Shown here: piece by piece, positions 49,608 to 58,466 of the stretch
Layout: each line of letters starts with the position of its first letter
Position numbering within the stretch: the first letter of the stretch is position 1
Origin: Clostridia bacterium
Lineage (GTDB): Bacteria; Bacillota; Clostridia; Oscillospirales; CAG-272
DNA length: 64,000 bases
Reading direction: 5' to 3'
Assembly: GCA_017520505.1 (NCBI GenBank)
Contig: JAFXFN010000006.1
Coordinates: forward strand, 172,443 to 236,442
Notes under the pieces: model-generated
Database searches by the model: none
Seen by the model: only the letters and a program-made list of their open reading frames with translations
What the model was told of the DNA's origin: nothing
Made by a program: the position numbers and the translations under genes

Positions 49608-49695
49608 TATGCGCCGTCGCACGGTGCCGCCCCTTTACCAGAGGCAGACGGCACGCAGTTTGCGTGTCGTCTGTGGGGGGCGGGCACGGGGTGCC
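49608..49695 (-). repeat. Structured intergenic repeat copy
   Basis: Minus strand CCGTGCCCG-CCCCCCA-CAGACGACACGCA-AAC-TGCGTGCCGTCTG-CC...GGCGCATA. Confidence 0.68.
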
Positions 49696-49808
49696 GTTTT
49701 TCGGATCATATTCTTTTTTTTACATTTTTACAAAACACCTCCGATTTTTATTGACATAACGAAACTTTTGTAGTATAAAAATAGTAGGCTACAAACAGGA
49801 GGATCAAT

Positions 49809-50699
49809 ATGGTTATTTCAACTGCAATTTCAATTATACGTGACCGTTTCGGAAACAAAAAGGCGATAAAAATGCTATCGGATGCGGGATTTAAAACGCT
49901 TGACTGTTCCCTTTTTGAAATGGCTTATTACGACAGCCCTTTCAACTCGGAAAATTGGGAAGAAGAAGCAAAAAAGATGAAGGCTTATTCAGACTCACTC
50001 GGAGTTACGTACAATCAGGCGCACTTACCTTTCAATTTCAAGTGGAACGAGGAGGGCGAATGGGAGCGTTTTATCGGCCCTGCACATTACAGAGCACTTG
50101 ACATTTGCGGAATTATGGGCGTAAAATACGTTGTTGCGCACCCTATACATCACATGGAATATCTCGGACACGAGGAAGAAGTGTTCGAATACAATATGCG
50201 TTTTTTCCGCACGATGATACCGTATTGCGATAAGTACGGCTACAAGATATGTATTGAAAATATGTGGCAGCACGAAGCGAAAACAAGGCGCATCGGACAC
50301 GATTCCTGCTCACACATGGAAGAACTCATTCGTTATATAGACGGTCTTGGCGGAACGGAGCATTTTGCGGCTTGTCTTGACCTCGGTCACACAACGATCG
50401 TCGGCTTTGAGCCGGAAAATTGCATAAGAAAGCTCGGTCATAAGTATCTGTATGCTCTGCACATTCACGATAACGATTATATGAGCGACAGACACGACCT
50501 GCCCGGTCAAGGAAAAATAAACTGGGAAGAGGTCTGCCGTGCGCTCGGCGAGATAGACTACGTCGGCGACTTCACCTACGAATCAAGTAATTTCCAAAGA
50601 CACGTGCCTGAGGATATGCTCCCCATATCGTTTAAATATATGCTCGATGTTGCTAAGCATCTTACAAACAAAATCGACAGCTACAGACCGAAAAAATAA
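49809..50699 (+). CDS. Sugar phosphate isomerase/epimerase (AP endonuclease 2 TIM barrel)
   Basis: QAHLPF, ICIENM, CLDLGH, LHIHDND..DRHDLPG.G and FTYE motifs; TTGACA-17-TATAAA promoter at 49751. Confidence 0.9.
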   Translation: MVISTAISIIRDRFGNKKAIKMLSDAGFKTLDCSLFEMAYYDSPFNSENWEEEAKKMKAYSDSLGVTYNQAHLPFNFKWNEEGEWERFIGPAHYRALDICGIMGVKYVVAHPIHHMEYLGHEEEVFEYNMRFFRTMIPYCDKYGYKICIENMWQHEAKTRRIGHDSCSHMEELIRYIDGLGGTEHFAACLDLGHTTIVGFEPENCIRKLGHKYLYALHIHDNDYMSDRHDLPGQGKINWEEVCRALGEIDYVGDFTYESSNFQRHVPEDMLPISFKYMLDVAKHLTNKIDSYRPKK

Positions 50700-50801
50700 A
50701 CTGTAAATTATAAAATCAGCAGGCTCATTTTGAAAACGAGCCTGCTCCTTTTATTTATATTGTAAGACACCCTCGACTGTCCCTGCCGCCTTTTTAGAAA
50801 A

Positions 50802-50880
50802 CATATTTCCGCAAGGAAATATGCGCCCAACGTCCGCAGGCGGTTCGTATACGAACCGTGGGGGGTGCGGACGGGCGCAG
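50802..50880 (-). repeat. Structured intergenic repeat copy
   Basis: Minus strand TGCGCCCGTCCGCA-CCCCCCA-CGGTTCG-TATA-CGAACCG-CC-TGCGGACGTTGGGCGC-ATATTTCCTTGCGGAAATAT. Confidence 0.8.
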
Positions 50881-51061
50881 AAAGTTATAAAATTAAAGGT
50901 CTGCTAATGTAATATGTACCGTTTACAGCGGGCACTGGGTGCTATTTTTCAGGCTGTATAAACATTGTTTATACACGTTTTTCATTGAAATCTTGTTAGC
51001 GACACTACTAAAAAGGATCGATAAAACCGCATCACTCAAATGTGAAGCGGTTTTATTATTA

Positions 51062-52357
51062 TCAAAAATCATTCATTGCAAGCGGCATCGGGGTTTTGGC
51101 TGTGACCTCTTTGGCAACAAAGACAAAGTACACAAGCGTTAAAAGCTCGCAGGCCGATTTTAAATGCGCTAACACGTTCGGGTGTAATACGCCGTCTAAG
51201 CATATTGAGCACACAAAAAGCAGTACCCACACAACGACCGAGATCACATTTAAGGGACTTATCATTTTGTCCTTTATAAGCGATATTATAACGAGTGCCA
51301 AGCCGAGTATCGCCATGGCGTAACAAATAAGCGAAATCAGAATTTCAATCCACGTTGTCAGAATGAGCATTTCGTATCCGTCGGGTGTTTCCACGATTCT
51401 TGGCATGGAGATATATCTTACCGTCTCCATCAGCTCACATATAACGATATTTGCAATTTTTGCAAACGAAAAAACGTAACAGCCTATCGCAAGCAGACGG
51501 TTTTCGTTAATTTTTCTGTATTCGTACACAAAATATATCATATATATCACAAGCGCAACAGTTATGAAAATATCAACGTATTCAGGAATCTTTCCTGCAA
51601 AAAAAGCACTGACCCATCCATTGAACACGTACGGAATTACAAACGTGAATATCTTATTCAAAGCACTTGCCAAAGCTACCGCTGTTAATGCCATAACAGT
51701 TTTTCTTGACAGTCCTATATAAAGTGACGAGCTTTCCTTTTCCAAAACCGAATAGAGGAAATATAAAAGCGACGTCAAGACATACGAGCTGACATAAATA
51801 TATATCGTTTTATATACGTACCACTTCATCAAGGCAAGCGGTATTATCAAAAACGCAAGGCTCACGGAAACGATCAGGCAGACGGCAACGTATATTCCCG
51901 CCTTTCCTATCCTTTTAAGCACACGTTTTTTATAGCTTTCGCTTTCTGAAAACGAAGCATTAAAACATATTCCGTGACGTCTGAACGAGCATATCATATA
52001 CACAGAGGCTGTGCAAAATATACAAAATGCGCTTTTATAAAGCTCCGTTTCCAAGAAAGTTCTGTTTATATTGTTCAGATAATGCACAAACGGCATAATT
52101 ACCGAAAAATACGCAAGAACAATTTTGCACACCGCACCGAATGCTTTTTCAAAAAACGATGCGCTTTTTTTAGCACCCACAACAAGGCACACAGCGCACG
52201 AAATGAACACAAGTGCTTCAAACGATACGCTCAATAAATATCTCGGAAGCTCTGCATTTTTCAAAACATTTATAAGCTTGACCGCACCGAATACAAAGGA
52301 AACGAGTGCCGAAATTATAAATGCATTTCGGTAAATTTTTTCTTTTAAAGATTCCAT
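51062..52357 (-). CDS. Hypothetical polytopic membrane protein (~12 TM)
   Basis: Start MESLKEK after AAGGAG; highly hydrophobic; terminator at 51021-51056. Confidence 0.72.
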   Translation of the reverse strand: MESLKEKIYRNAFIISALVSFVFGAVKLINVLKNAELPRYLLSVSFEALVFISCAVCLVVGAKKSASFFEKAFGAVCKIVLAYFSVIMPFVHYLNNINRTFLETELYKSAFCIFCTASVYMICSFRRHGICFNASFSESESYKKRVLKRIGKAGIYVAVCLIVSVSLAFLIIPLALMKWYVYKTIYIYVSSYVLTSLLYFLYSVLEKESSSLYIGLSRKTVMALTAVALASALNKIFTFVIPYVFNGWVSAFFAGKIPEYVDIFITVALVIYMIYFVYEYRKINENRLLAIGCYVFSFAKIANIVICELMETVRYISMPRIVETPDGYEMLILTTWIEILISLICYAMAILGLALVIISLIKDKMISPLNVISVVVWVLLFVCSICLDGVLHPNVLAHLKSACELLTLVYFVFVAKEVTAKTPMPLAMNDF

Positions 52358-52370
52358 AAATTTCTCCTTA

Positions 52371-52577
52371 TCAGAAATAAAACAGCTCTTCAAATTTTTT
52401 GTCAAGTGCGATACAAAGAATAAGCGCAAGCTTTGCCGTCGGGTTGAACTGACCGACCTCAATGGAGCTTATCGTATTACGTGACACACCGACCATATCG
52501 GCAAGCTGCTGCTGTGACAGCCCCTTTTCACCTCTCGCCGCCTTGAGGTTATTTTTTAATACGAGCTTGTCATCCAT
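52371..52577 (-). CDS. XRE-family HTH regulator
   Basis: LSQQQLADMVGVSRNTISSIEVGQFNPT. Confidence 0.92.
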   Translation of the reverse strand: MDDKLVLKNNLKAARGEKGLSQQQLADMVGVSRNTISSIEVGQFNPTAKLALILCIALDKKFEELFYF

Positions 52578-52891
52578 AAATACACCAAAGCACCAACTGC
52601 CGTAATTGCCGAACAACAGCAAATAATACCGAAAATCAAATCAATTTTTTCTTTGATATGTGAAAACATTGAAAGATACAATCCTGCCTGCATTGAAAAC
52701 AATACTATTAAACCTGCAAATGCAACCTCAGGTTTATGCAAGTATCTTGCAACAACAGCAAGCGCCAAACATACGGCGAAGCCTACGTAACGGCTTGTTT
52801 TCGTGGATTTTGCAAATAAGCTTCTTTCGTATTCACCGTCTCGGCCTTCATTTTCTTCTCTGCTCTTTTTGAGTATTTCTTCTTTATCCAT
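52556..52891 (-). CDS. DUF6442-like small membrane protein
   Basis: MDKEEILKKSREEN...D.E.E followed by 3 TM helices; usual XRE partner. Confidence 0.75.
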   Translation of the reverse strand: MDKEEILKKSREENEGRDGEYERSLFAKSTKTSRYVGFAVCLALAVVARYLHKPEVAFAGLIVLFSMQAGLYLSMFSHIKEKIDLIFGIICCCSAITAVGALVYLWMTSSY

Positions 52892-52902
52892 AGCAAACCT
52901 CT

Positions 52903-52953
52903 TTGACAAGTTTTATTTGCAAACATTATACACTTGCCAAGTTTTATTGTCAA
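52903..52953 (-). promoter_or_regulatory. Consensus promoter overlapped by two 20 bp operator repeats
   Basis: Minus strand TTGACA-17-TATAAT; sites TTGACAAGTTTTATTTGCAA (52903) and TTGCCAAGTTTTATTGTCAA (52934). Confidence 0.78.
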
Positions 52954-53009
52954 TAGATATTTCGCAATAGTTACATTTTATTCATATTCTGCTTTGTAAC
53001 TTTCAATTA

Positions 53010-53059
53010 CATATTTCCTCAGGAAATATCTGCGCCCGCCGAGGGTGGCGGGGCGCAGA
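53010..53059 (-). repeat. Structured intergenic repeat, minimal copy
   Basis: Minus strand TCTGCGCCCCGCC-ACCCTC-GGCGGGCGCAG-ATATTTCC-TGA-GGAAATATG. Confidence 0.7.
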
Positions 53060-53130
53060 AGAACACGAGAGACTTTCAAACATTACAGACATATCAAAAC
53101 AGGTGACACATCAGCATCACCTGTTTTTGT

Positions 53131-55569
53131 TTATTCAAACACACACCCGTCGTACATACCCGAAAACCACACCATTTCAGATGATGTTTCAGCATCAAAG
53201 ACCATTTTGCCGTCCACCTCGTCAAAACAATAAACAAACCGTCCGTCATCTGTTTTTAGCGTAAGTCTGCCGTTTTCAAGGTCATATTCACCAACACCCA
53301 GATAACTGCTTATTCCCGAAAACGTAAACGTAAATTTGCCGTTATCAAACAGAGTAAAGTTAGGCTTTAAAAGCTTTTCCTCCGATTCTTTAAACGTATA
53401 TTGCTTTATTGCCGTGGCAGTTGATGTTCCGCTGTCGGGATAATGAAATGAACTGACATATGCTTCTATGCCATACACATCTTTGATATTTTTATTTTCC
53501 ACATTCATACATACAAACCAGCCGCTTTTCACCGTATCGCCTGCGCTGTACACATCTCTCATTACACCGAGGGACAAAACACCGAGGGATTTTCGTGCGT
53601 ATTCAATGGAAAATCTGTCAGAAGACGTATTTCCCGAAGCATAGATAAGTAAGAGCGTATTATTTTCAAAATACTCATCGGTAAACTCCCGAATTATCTC
53701 GTTAAACGACGGTGTATCGTCATAGGACAAATCAAAATTCATAAATGGGTCCATTTTATTTACAAAATCGGCAAGCTGTTTTGTGCCTGTTATTTTGACT
53801 GTCGGCAAGGCTCCCGTGCCATTAGCCGTAATACCGCCCATTTCAAACATCTTTTGAAAATTATCGCTGTTGTCAACGGGACAGCATCTGAAGCTGTAGC
53901 CGACGTTTTTGACAACGGGGTTGTTTTTGTGTTGGTTTATGAAGCGTTCAACGTTTCCCTCTCTGATATCTATGCGGTCATCATATCCATCGCTTGCTTC
54001 CAGATAAATATACAAAGGCTTTCCTGCCTCGGGCAAGCCGCCGCTGCCTATATACAAAGAAAACATTTCATCTATCTCATAACATCGTATATAAAGTCCG
54101 GAGCCTGTGACAAAATACGAATAATTTTCATAATCCTCCCACGAAAGCGCATCGCCCTTTTGTGAAAGCTCCTTGACGTCATCAAGTGTAAGGCGTTTAC
54201 CTATCACCACAGGAGGGTCATCGACACCGCCGACATCAGATTCGGTAAAATTGTAATGCTTTATTTTTTCGTATATTTCCATTGCATCGTCGGGGCTTTT
54301 GACCTTGTAGCTTAACGTCACACCGTAGCTCTTCTGTGCCACCCAGACGGACTTAAAATCTGCATCAAAGTGGATATAAAGCCCCTGTAAATATGAAAGC
54401 GGAGGATTTATGTCCTCTTTTGTTTGCAGTACAAGTGTATGACTTCTGTCTCTGTATTTGTCACGGCTTTCTGAAATTTCTTTTTCTGATATTTTTATAT
54501 CAAAAAGCTCGGAAAGCAGCTCGTCGTCTACATCGCCTATTATGCTGTATCTTTCGCCGTCGGATACCCAAACGACCTCTGTATTTTCAACAGCATCCGC
54601 AAGTGTCAGTCCCTCGATATTTTTAAGCCGTGCCGATGCAGGATCGGTCAAAAAACACACGGCTGTGACAATGCTTAAAAGCACAGCGGCAATTATCACC
54701 CAAAAAGCAGGCTTTTTGTAGTTAAGCACTGACTTTACTCTGTTTTTGACATCCGTTTCGCCGAAGGCTATAGGGCAAGCCGTAATCGCACGGTGACTGA
54801 TGCTGCAGTTTAAAAGCGCCTCGGAATAGTTTGCTTTTTGCTCTGCATCAAAGCCACAGACTGCCTTTTCGTCACACGCAAGCTCAATATCACGGCAAAG
54901 AAGCACGTATGCCACCCACATCAGAGGATTGAACCAATGAAGCGAAAGAATAAGAAATCCTATCGGCTTCCACAAATAATCACGGCGGTGAACGTGCGCA
55001 CGCTCGTGAAAGATCACATAGGAAACATCATCCTCGCAAATTGCAAACGGCAAATATATTTTAGGCTTTATTATACCGAACACAAAGGGAGATGACACGT
55101 TTTCACTTTGAAAAATGTTATCACGAAGAAGAACGGCAGTGCCTATCCTCATTTTAAGACGCGCAGAGCTTACAAGCGCATACAAAAGCATACACAAGAC
55201 GCCTATAACCCAGACAACCGACAATATCGGTATCCACACCTGAAGCGGATTTACGCTTGCGCCTGCATCGGGTGCAAGCGACGTGGAGAGTGATGGGTTT
55301 ACCGCATTATTCAAAAGAGGAAAGCCCGTGTTTACCGTGGGAAGCTTATCCGTCATAATTTCGGGTGATACGGTTTCGGTGCTCGGCACAAGGCTTACCA
55401 CACTTTCAAATGACACAGGGCAAACAAGCCTTACGGCAACGATTACCCAAAGCAGGACCGACAGCCATTTCGGAGCTTTTTTCAGCAACAGTCTTAAAAC
55501 GAACACCGCCAAAAATGCCCAGCTTGCCGATATGCTCATATTCAGAACGGTCAGGAAAAATTCACTCAT
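53131..55569 (-). CDS. BlaR1/MecR1-like M56 metallopeptidase sensor with non-PBP extracellular domains
   Basis: SPFVFG..KPKIYLP, HERAH, HWFNPL, ELACDE and RVKSVLNYKKP motifs. Confidence 0.92.
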   Translation of the reverse strand: MSEFFLTVLNMSISASWAFLAVFVLRLLLKKAPKWLSVLLWVIVAVRLVCPVSFESVVSLVPSTETVSPEIMTDKLPTVNTGFPLLNNAVNPSLSTSLAPDAGASVNPLQVWIPILSVVWVIGVLCMLLYALVSSARLKMRIGTAVLLRDNIFQSENVSSPFVFGIIKPKIYLPFAICEDDVSYVIFHERAHVHRRDYLWKPIGFLILSLHWFNPLMWVAYVLLCRDIELACDEKAVCGFDAEQKANYSEALLNCSISHRAITACPIAFGETDVKNRVKSVLNYKKPAFWVIIAAVLLSIVTAVCFLTDPASARLKNIEGLTLADAVENTEVVWVSDGERYSIIGDVDDELLSELFDIKISEKEISESRDKYRDRSHTLVLQTKEDINPPLSYLQGLYIHFDADFKSVWVAQKSYGVTLSYKVKSPDDAMEIYEKIKHYNFTESDVGGVDDPPVVIGKRLTLDDVKELSQKGDALSWEDYENYSYFVTGSGLYIRCYEIDEMFSLYIGSGGLPEAGKPLYIYLEASDGYDDRIDIREGNVERFINQHKNNPVVKNVGYSFRCCPVDNSDNFQKMFEMGGITANGTGALPTVKITGTKQLADFVNKMDPFMNFDLSYDDTPSFNEIIREFTDEYFENNTLLLIYASGNTSSDRFSIEYARKSLGVLSLGVMRDVYSAGDTVKSGWFVCMNVENKNIKDVYGIEAYVSSFHYPDSGTSTATAIKQYTFKESEEKLLKPNFTLFDNGKFTFTFSGISSYLGVGEYDLENGRLTLKTDDGRFVYCFDEVDGKMVFDAETSSEMVWFSGMYDGCVFE

Positions 55570-55936
55570 TTTTATTTTCCTTTCTGTATCTGTCTATCAT
55601 TTTCTGTATCTCGTCAAGCTCACCGTCTGATATTTTACGGTGCTTTGTAAATGCGGCAATAAATGCCGGCATTGAGCCTTCAAAGGTTCTATCCACCATT
55701 TCGTTAATTTCCGACGCCTGCACCTCATCCTTGCTTACAAGCGATGTCACAACGGTATTTTCGTTTTTCAGAACGCCTCTTTCTGACAGCCGTTTTATAA
55801 CGGTATACGTCGTTGTGGGCTTCCAGCCGAGGTGTTCACGGCAGAGTTCAACGAGCTTACTGCTTTTGACAGGCTCATTTTCCCACAGTATAAGACAAAA
55901 TCTGTATTCACTTTCAAAGATTTTAGGTGTATTCAT
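55562..55936 (-). CDS. BlaI/MecI/CopY family repressor
   Basis: SEYRFCLILWE, WKPTTTYTVIKRL.ERG and FEGS motifs; start at 55936 or 55942. Confidence 0.92.
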   Translation of the reverse strand: MNTPKIFESEYRFCLILWENEPVKSSKLVELCREHLGWKPTTTYTVIKRLSERGVLKNENTVVTSLVSKDEVQASEINEMVDRTFEGSMPAFIAAFTKHRKISDGELDEIQKMIDRYRKENKNE

Positions 55937-55950
55937 AATCATCCTCCGTT

Positions 55951-56004
55951 CTCTAATGCGTTAGAGTTCATATATACTCTAACACATTAGAGCTGTTTTG
56001 TCAA
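55951..56004 (-). promoter_or_regulatory. BlaI-type autoregulated promoter with twin CTCTAA-N4-TTAGAG operators
   Basis: Palindromes at 55951-55966 and 55977-55992; TTGACA-17-TAGAGT on the minus strand overlaps site 2. Confidence 0.8.
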
Positions 56005-56019
56005 GAGGATTTGAAAATT

Positions 56020-56910
56020 TTAATGATGGTGATGCGTATGATGCGTTGTGTGAAAATGCTCTGTACTGCATGAGCTTTCACGGCATTCATCTGTGCTTTT
56101 CTCGATCTCCACCGTTGCGCATACAATACCGTGTTCGTAAAGCTCTGCCTTTGCTTTTTCTTTTATCTTATTCACTTCTTCATCTGTGACAATATGTAAT
56201 GACGCAAGATGGTTTACTCCGTCAATGCTCCACAAATGAACGTGGTGAACATCAACCACACCATCAATTTCTTCTATGTGCTTGCATATTTCGGCAATTT
56301 CCATACCGTTCGGTACTTTTCCGAGAAAAATATCCGCTATTCCCTTGAGATTTTTGGCGGCATTTGCAAAAATGAACAGCGAAACGCCGATGCACATAAG
56401 AGGATCGATAAGTGTAACATCGGTAAATTTCATAATGACCGCACCGATCAAGACGATTACCCATCCGAGAACGTCTTCAAGCATGTGCAGATTTACCGCC
56501 CTCTGGTTGACCGTTTCACCGCCGTGTGTAACGAGTGCCGCCGAGAAATTCACGACGACACCGATAACGGCAAATATTATCATTCCGTCATAGTTTATCT
56601 CAGTCGGGTTGAAAATTCTTAGTACAGCGTTGTATATCACCAAAGCAGAGCCGAGCAAAAGAATAATCAGCGTTATAAGTCCGCCCAACACCGAGTATCT
56701 GCCGTACCCGAAGGTATATTTTTCATCGGGTGCTTTTTTACTTTTTTTCTCAAGGAAATACGAAAGCCCTATGCTTACACCGTCACCGAGGTCGTGCACG
56801 GCATCGGAAACGATGGCAACGCTTCCCGTGAAAATACCGCCGATGAATTCAAAGATCGAAAACGATACGTTCAGAATAAATGCGATTAAAATATTTCTTT
56901 CACTTTTCAT
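56020..56910 (-). CDS. Cation diffusion facilitator (CzcD-like) with His-rich tail
   Basis: SDAVHD, TFGYGR, HMLED, DVHHVHLWS and C-terminal HTTHHTHHHH. Confidence 0.93.
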   Translation of the reverse strand: MKSERNILIAFILNVSFSIFEFIGGIFTGSVAIVSDAVHDLGDGVSIGLSYFLEKKSKKAPDEKYTFGYGRYSVLGGLITLIILLLGSALVIYNAVLRIFNPTEINYDGMIIFAVIGVVVNFSAALVTHGGETVNQRAVNLHMLEDVLGWVIVLIGAVIMKFTDVTLIDPLMCIGVSLFIFANAAKNLKGIADIFLGKVPNGMEIAEICKHIEEIDGVVDVHHVHLWSIDGVNHLASLHIVTDEEVNKIKEKAKAELYEHGIVCATVEIEKSTDECRESSCSTEHFHTTHHTHHHH

Positions 56911-57010
56911 AAGCTTCTCCATTGACTTATTTGATATTTCGTGATACGATATATTCGATACCGAACTCATTGTTCAATATCATTATATCATATGCACGTA
57001 TATATTCAAC

Positions 57011-57030
57011 ATACGATATTTTTATCGTAT
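57011..57030. promoter_or_regulatory. Candidate TetR operator
   Basis: Palindrome ATACGATA-TTTT-TATCGTAT between divergent CDF and TetR genes. Confidence 0.55.
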
Positions 57031-57070
57031 TCATTACTGAACAAAAACAGAAAATTGTACGGAGAATAAA

Positions 57071-57622
57071 ATGGACAGAAGACAAAAGAAAACACGTCAG
57101 GCGATATTCAATGCTTTTACGGAGTTACTTTCAAAAAAAGACTTTGACAAAATATCCGTCGGCGAGATAATAGACGAAGCTGACGTCGGCAGAGCGACGT
57201 TTTACGCGCATTTTGAAACAAAGGATTTTTTATTAAAAGAGCTTTGTAAAGAGCTGTTTTGCCACATATTCGACACCGAAAACGGCTGTAATACAGAACA
57301 CAGACACATTTTTGAATGTGATGGTGAAAGCTCTGTTTTTCTCCATCTGTTCCGCCATCTGCAGAAAAATGACAATAACATTCTGAAACTGCTGTCTTCA
57401 CCAAATAACGAATTATTTTTGGGATATTTCAAAGACCAGCTCGAAATTCTTGTTGTCGATCATATTTCTTTATTTGAAGCGAAAAAAAGAAAAACGATCC
57501 CCGATTCCCTTTTCAGGCATCATATAATCTCAACCTTTATAGGAACACTCCGCTGGTGGATAGATAACAAAATGAAAGAAACTCCCGAGCGTATAACGGA
57601 ATATTTCTTTGCGATACTTTAA
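57071..57622 (+). CDS. TetR/AcrR family regulator
   Basis: MDRRQKKTR...ISVGEII..ADVGRATFYAHF.TK. Confidence 0.93.
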   Translation: MDRRQKKTRQAIFNAFTELLSKKDFDKISVGEIIDEADVGRATFYAHFETKDFLLKELCKELFCHIFDTENGCNTEHRHIFECDGESSVFLHLFRHLQKNDNNILKLLSSPNNELFLGYFKDQLEILVVDHISLFEAKKRKTIPDSLFRHHIISTFIGTLRWWIDNKMKETPERITEYFFAIL

Positions 57623-57648
57623 AATAACAACAGAAAAGGATATATAAT

Positions 57649-58413
57649 ATGATATGGAATGATGAATTTGATTTAGTATATGACGATTGGATGATAATGG
57701 ACAATGTAGAACTTGAAAAATCATACGCTGCAAAAGAGCTTTTTCAATGTGTGATAAAAAAGTACGGTGATACCGCTGAGACAAAGAAAAAAGTCGATTA
57801 TCTTTACGAAAAAGCATTGGTTTTAAATCAAAAACTCTCAATGATGTTGTATGCAAAATATAATATATTCAAAGCAAAATCCGACTTCGAAAGCACACAA
57901 AACATGGAATTTCCCGCTTTATACGGCATCGGAAAAACAAGAATATTGTTTTATCTTGAAAGTATGATCGTGTTTGCACGCAATGCGCTTGACGTTGCAG
58001 CTACAGTATATTCAGACTTACTTTTAGATAAACGCCTCGATAGTTTCAACGATTTCAGCAAAAAAATAATGAAATCGACAAATACGCAGCTTCAATCATT
58101 GAAGGAATATTTTTTAAAAAATTCCGATGACGGACTGTGTGCATACAGACTCCTATGCGGTTTAGAAAAAGGCAGGGCGTTGAGAGACATAATAATCCAT
58201 CAGGCTAATGTTAACCTTATTTACAGCGAGTATAGAGAAAACAGTGAAAAGGAACGACTGTTTTTAATTTTAAAAAATGAACCGCTTGTAGACCTTGACG
58301 ATTTTGTATACAGCTTTATTTCAGAGGTCGATGAAATATTCAGTTTAACAACAAGATTCTGTGAACAATACATTATAAATAACTCAAGCTTTACACGCAA
58401 AAAAGCTGACTGA
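57649..58413 (+). CDS. Putative HEPN-domain protein (Cthe_2314-like)
   Basis: YLESMIVFARNALD helix and Rx4H motif RDIIIH; AT-rich. Confidence 0.62.
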   Translation: MIWNDEFDLVYDDWMIMDNVELEKSYAAKELFQCVIKKYGDTAETKKKVDYLYEKALVLNQKLSMMLYAKYNIFKAKSDFESTQNMEFPALYGIGKTRILFYLESMIVFARNALDVAATVYSDLLLDKRLDSFNDFSKKIMKSTNTQLQSLKEYFLKNSDDGLCAYRLLCGLEKGRALRDIIIHQANVNLIYSEYRENSEKERLFLILKNEPLVDLDDFVYSFISEVDEIFSLTTRFCEQYIINNSSFTRKKAD

Positions 58414-58436
58414 TTTGAATTTCAGTCAGCTTTTTT
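58400..58436. terminator. Bidirectional terminator
   Basis: AAAAAAGCTGACTGA...TCAGTCAGCTTTTTT. Confidence 0.8.
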
Positions 58437-58466
58437 GGCTTTAAGTTTAATGATATTTATCACAAT

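Noticed and set aside
50905-50976. IS3-like inverted-repeat remnant and TGTATAAACA-T-TGTTTATACA palindrome
   Set aside because: Resemblance is weak, with no partner repeat or transposase fragment found.
11038-53059. CRISPR array or tRNA interpretation of the GC-rich hairpins
   Set aside because: Copies are dispersed with no regular spacers, no cas genes, and no cloverleaf or T-loop consensus.
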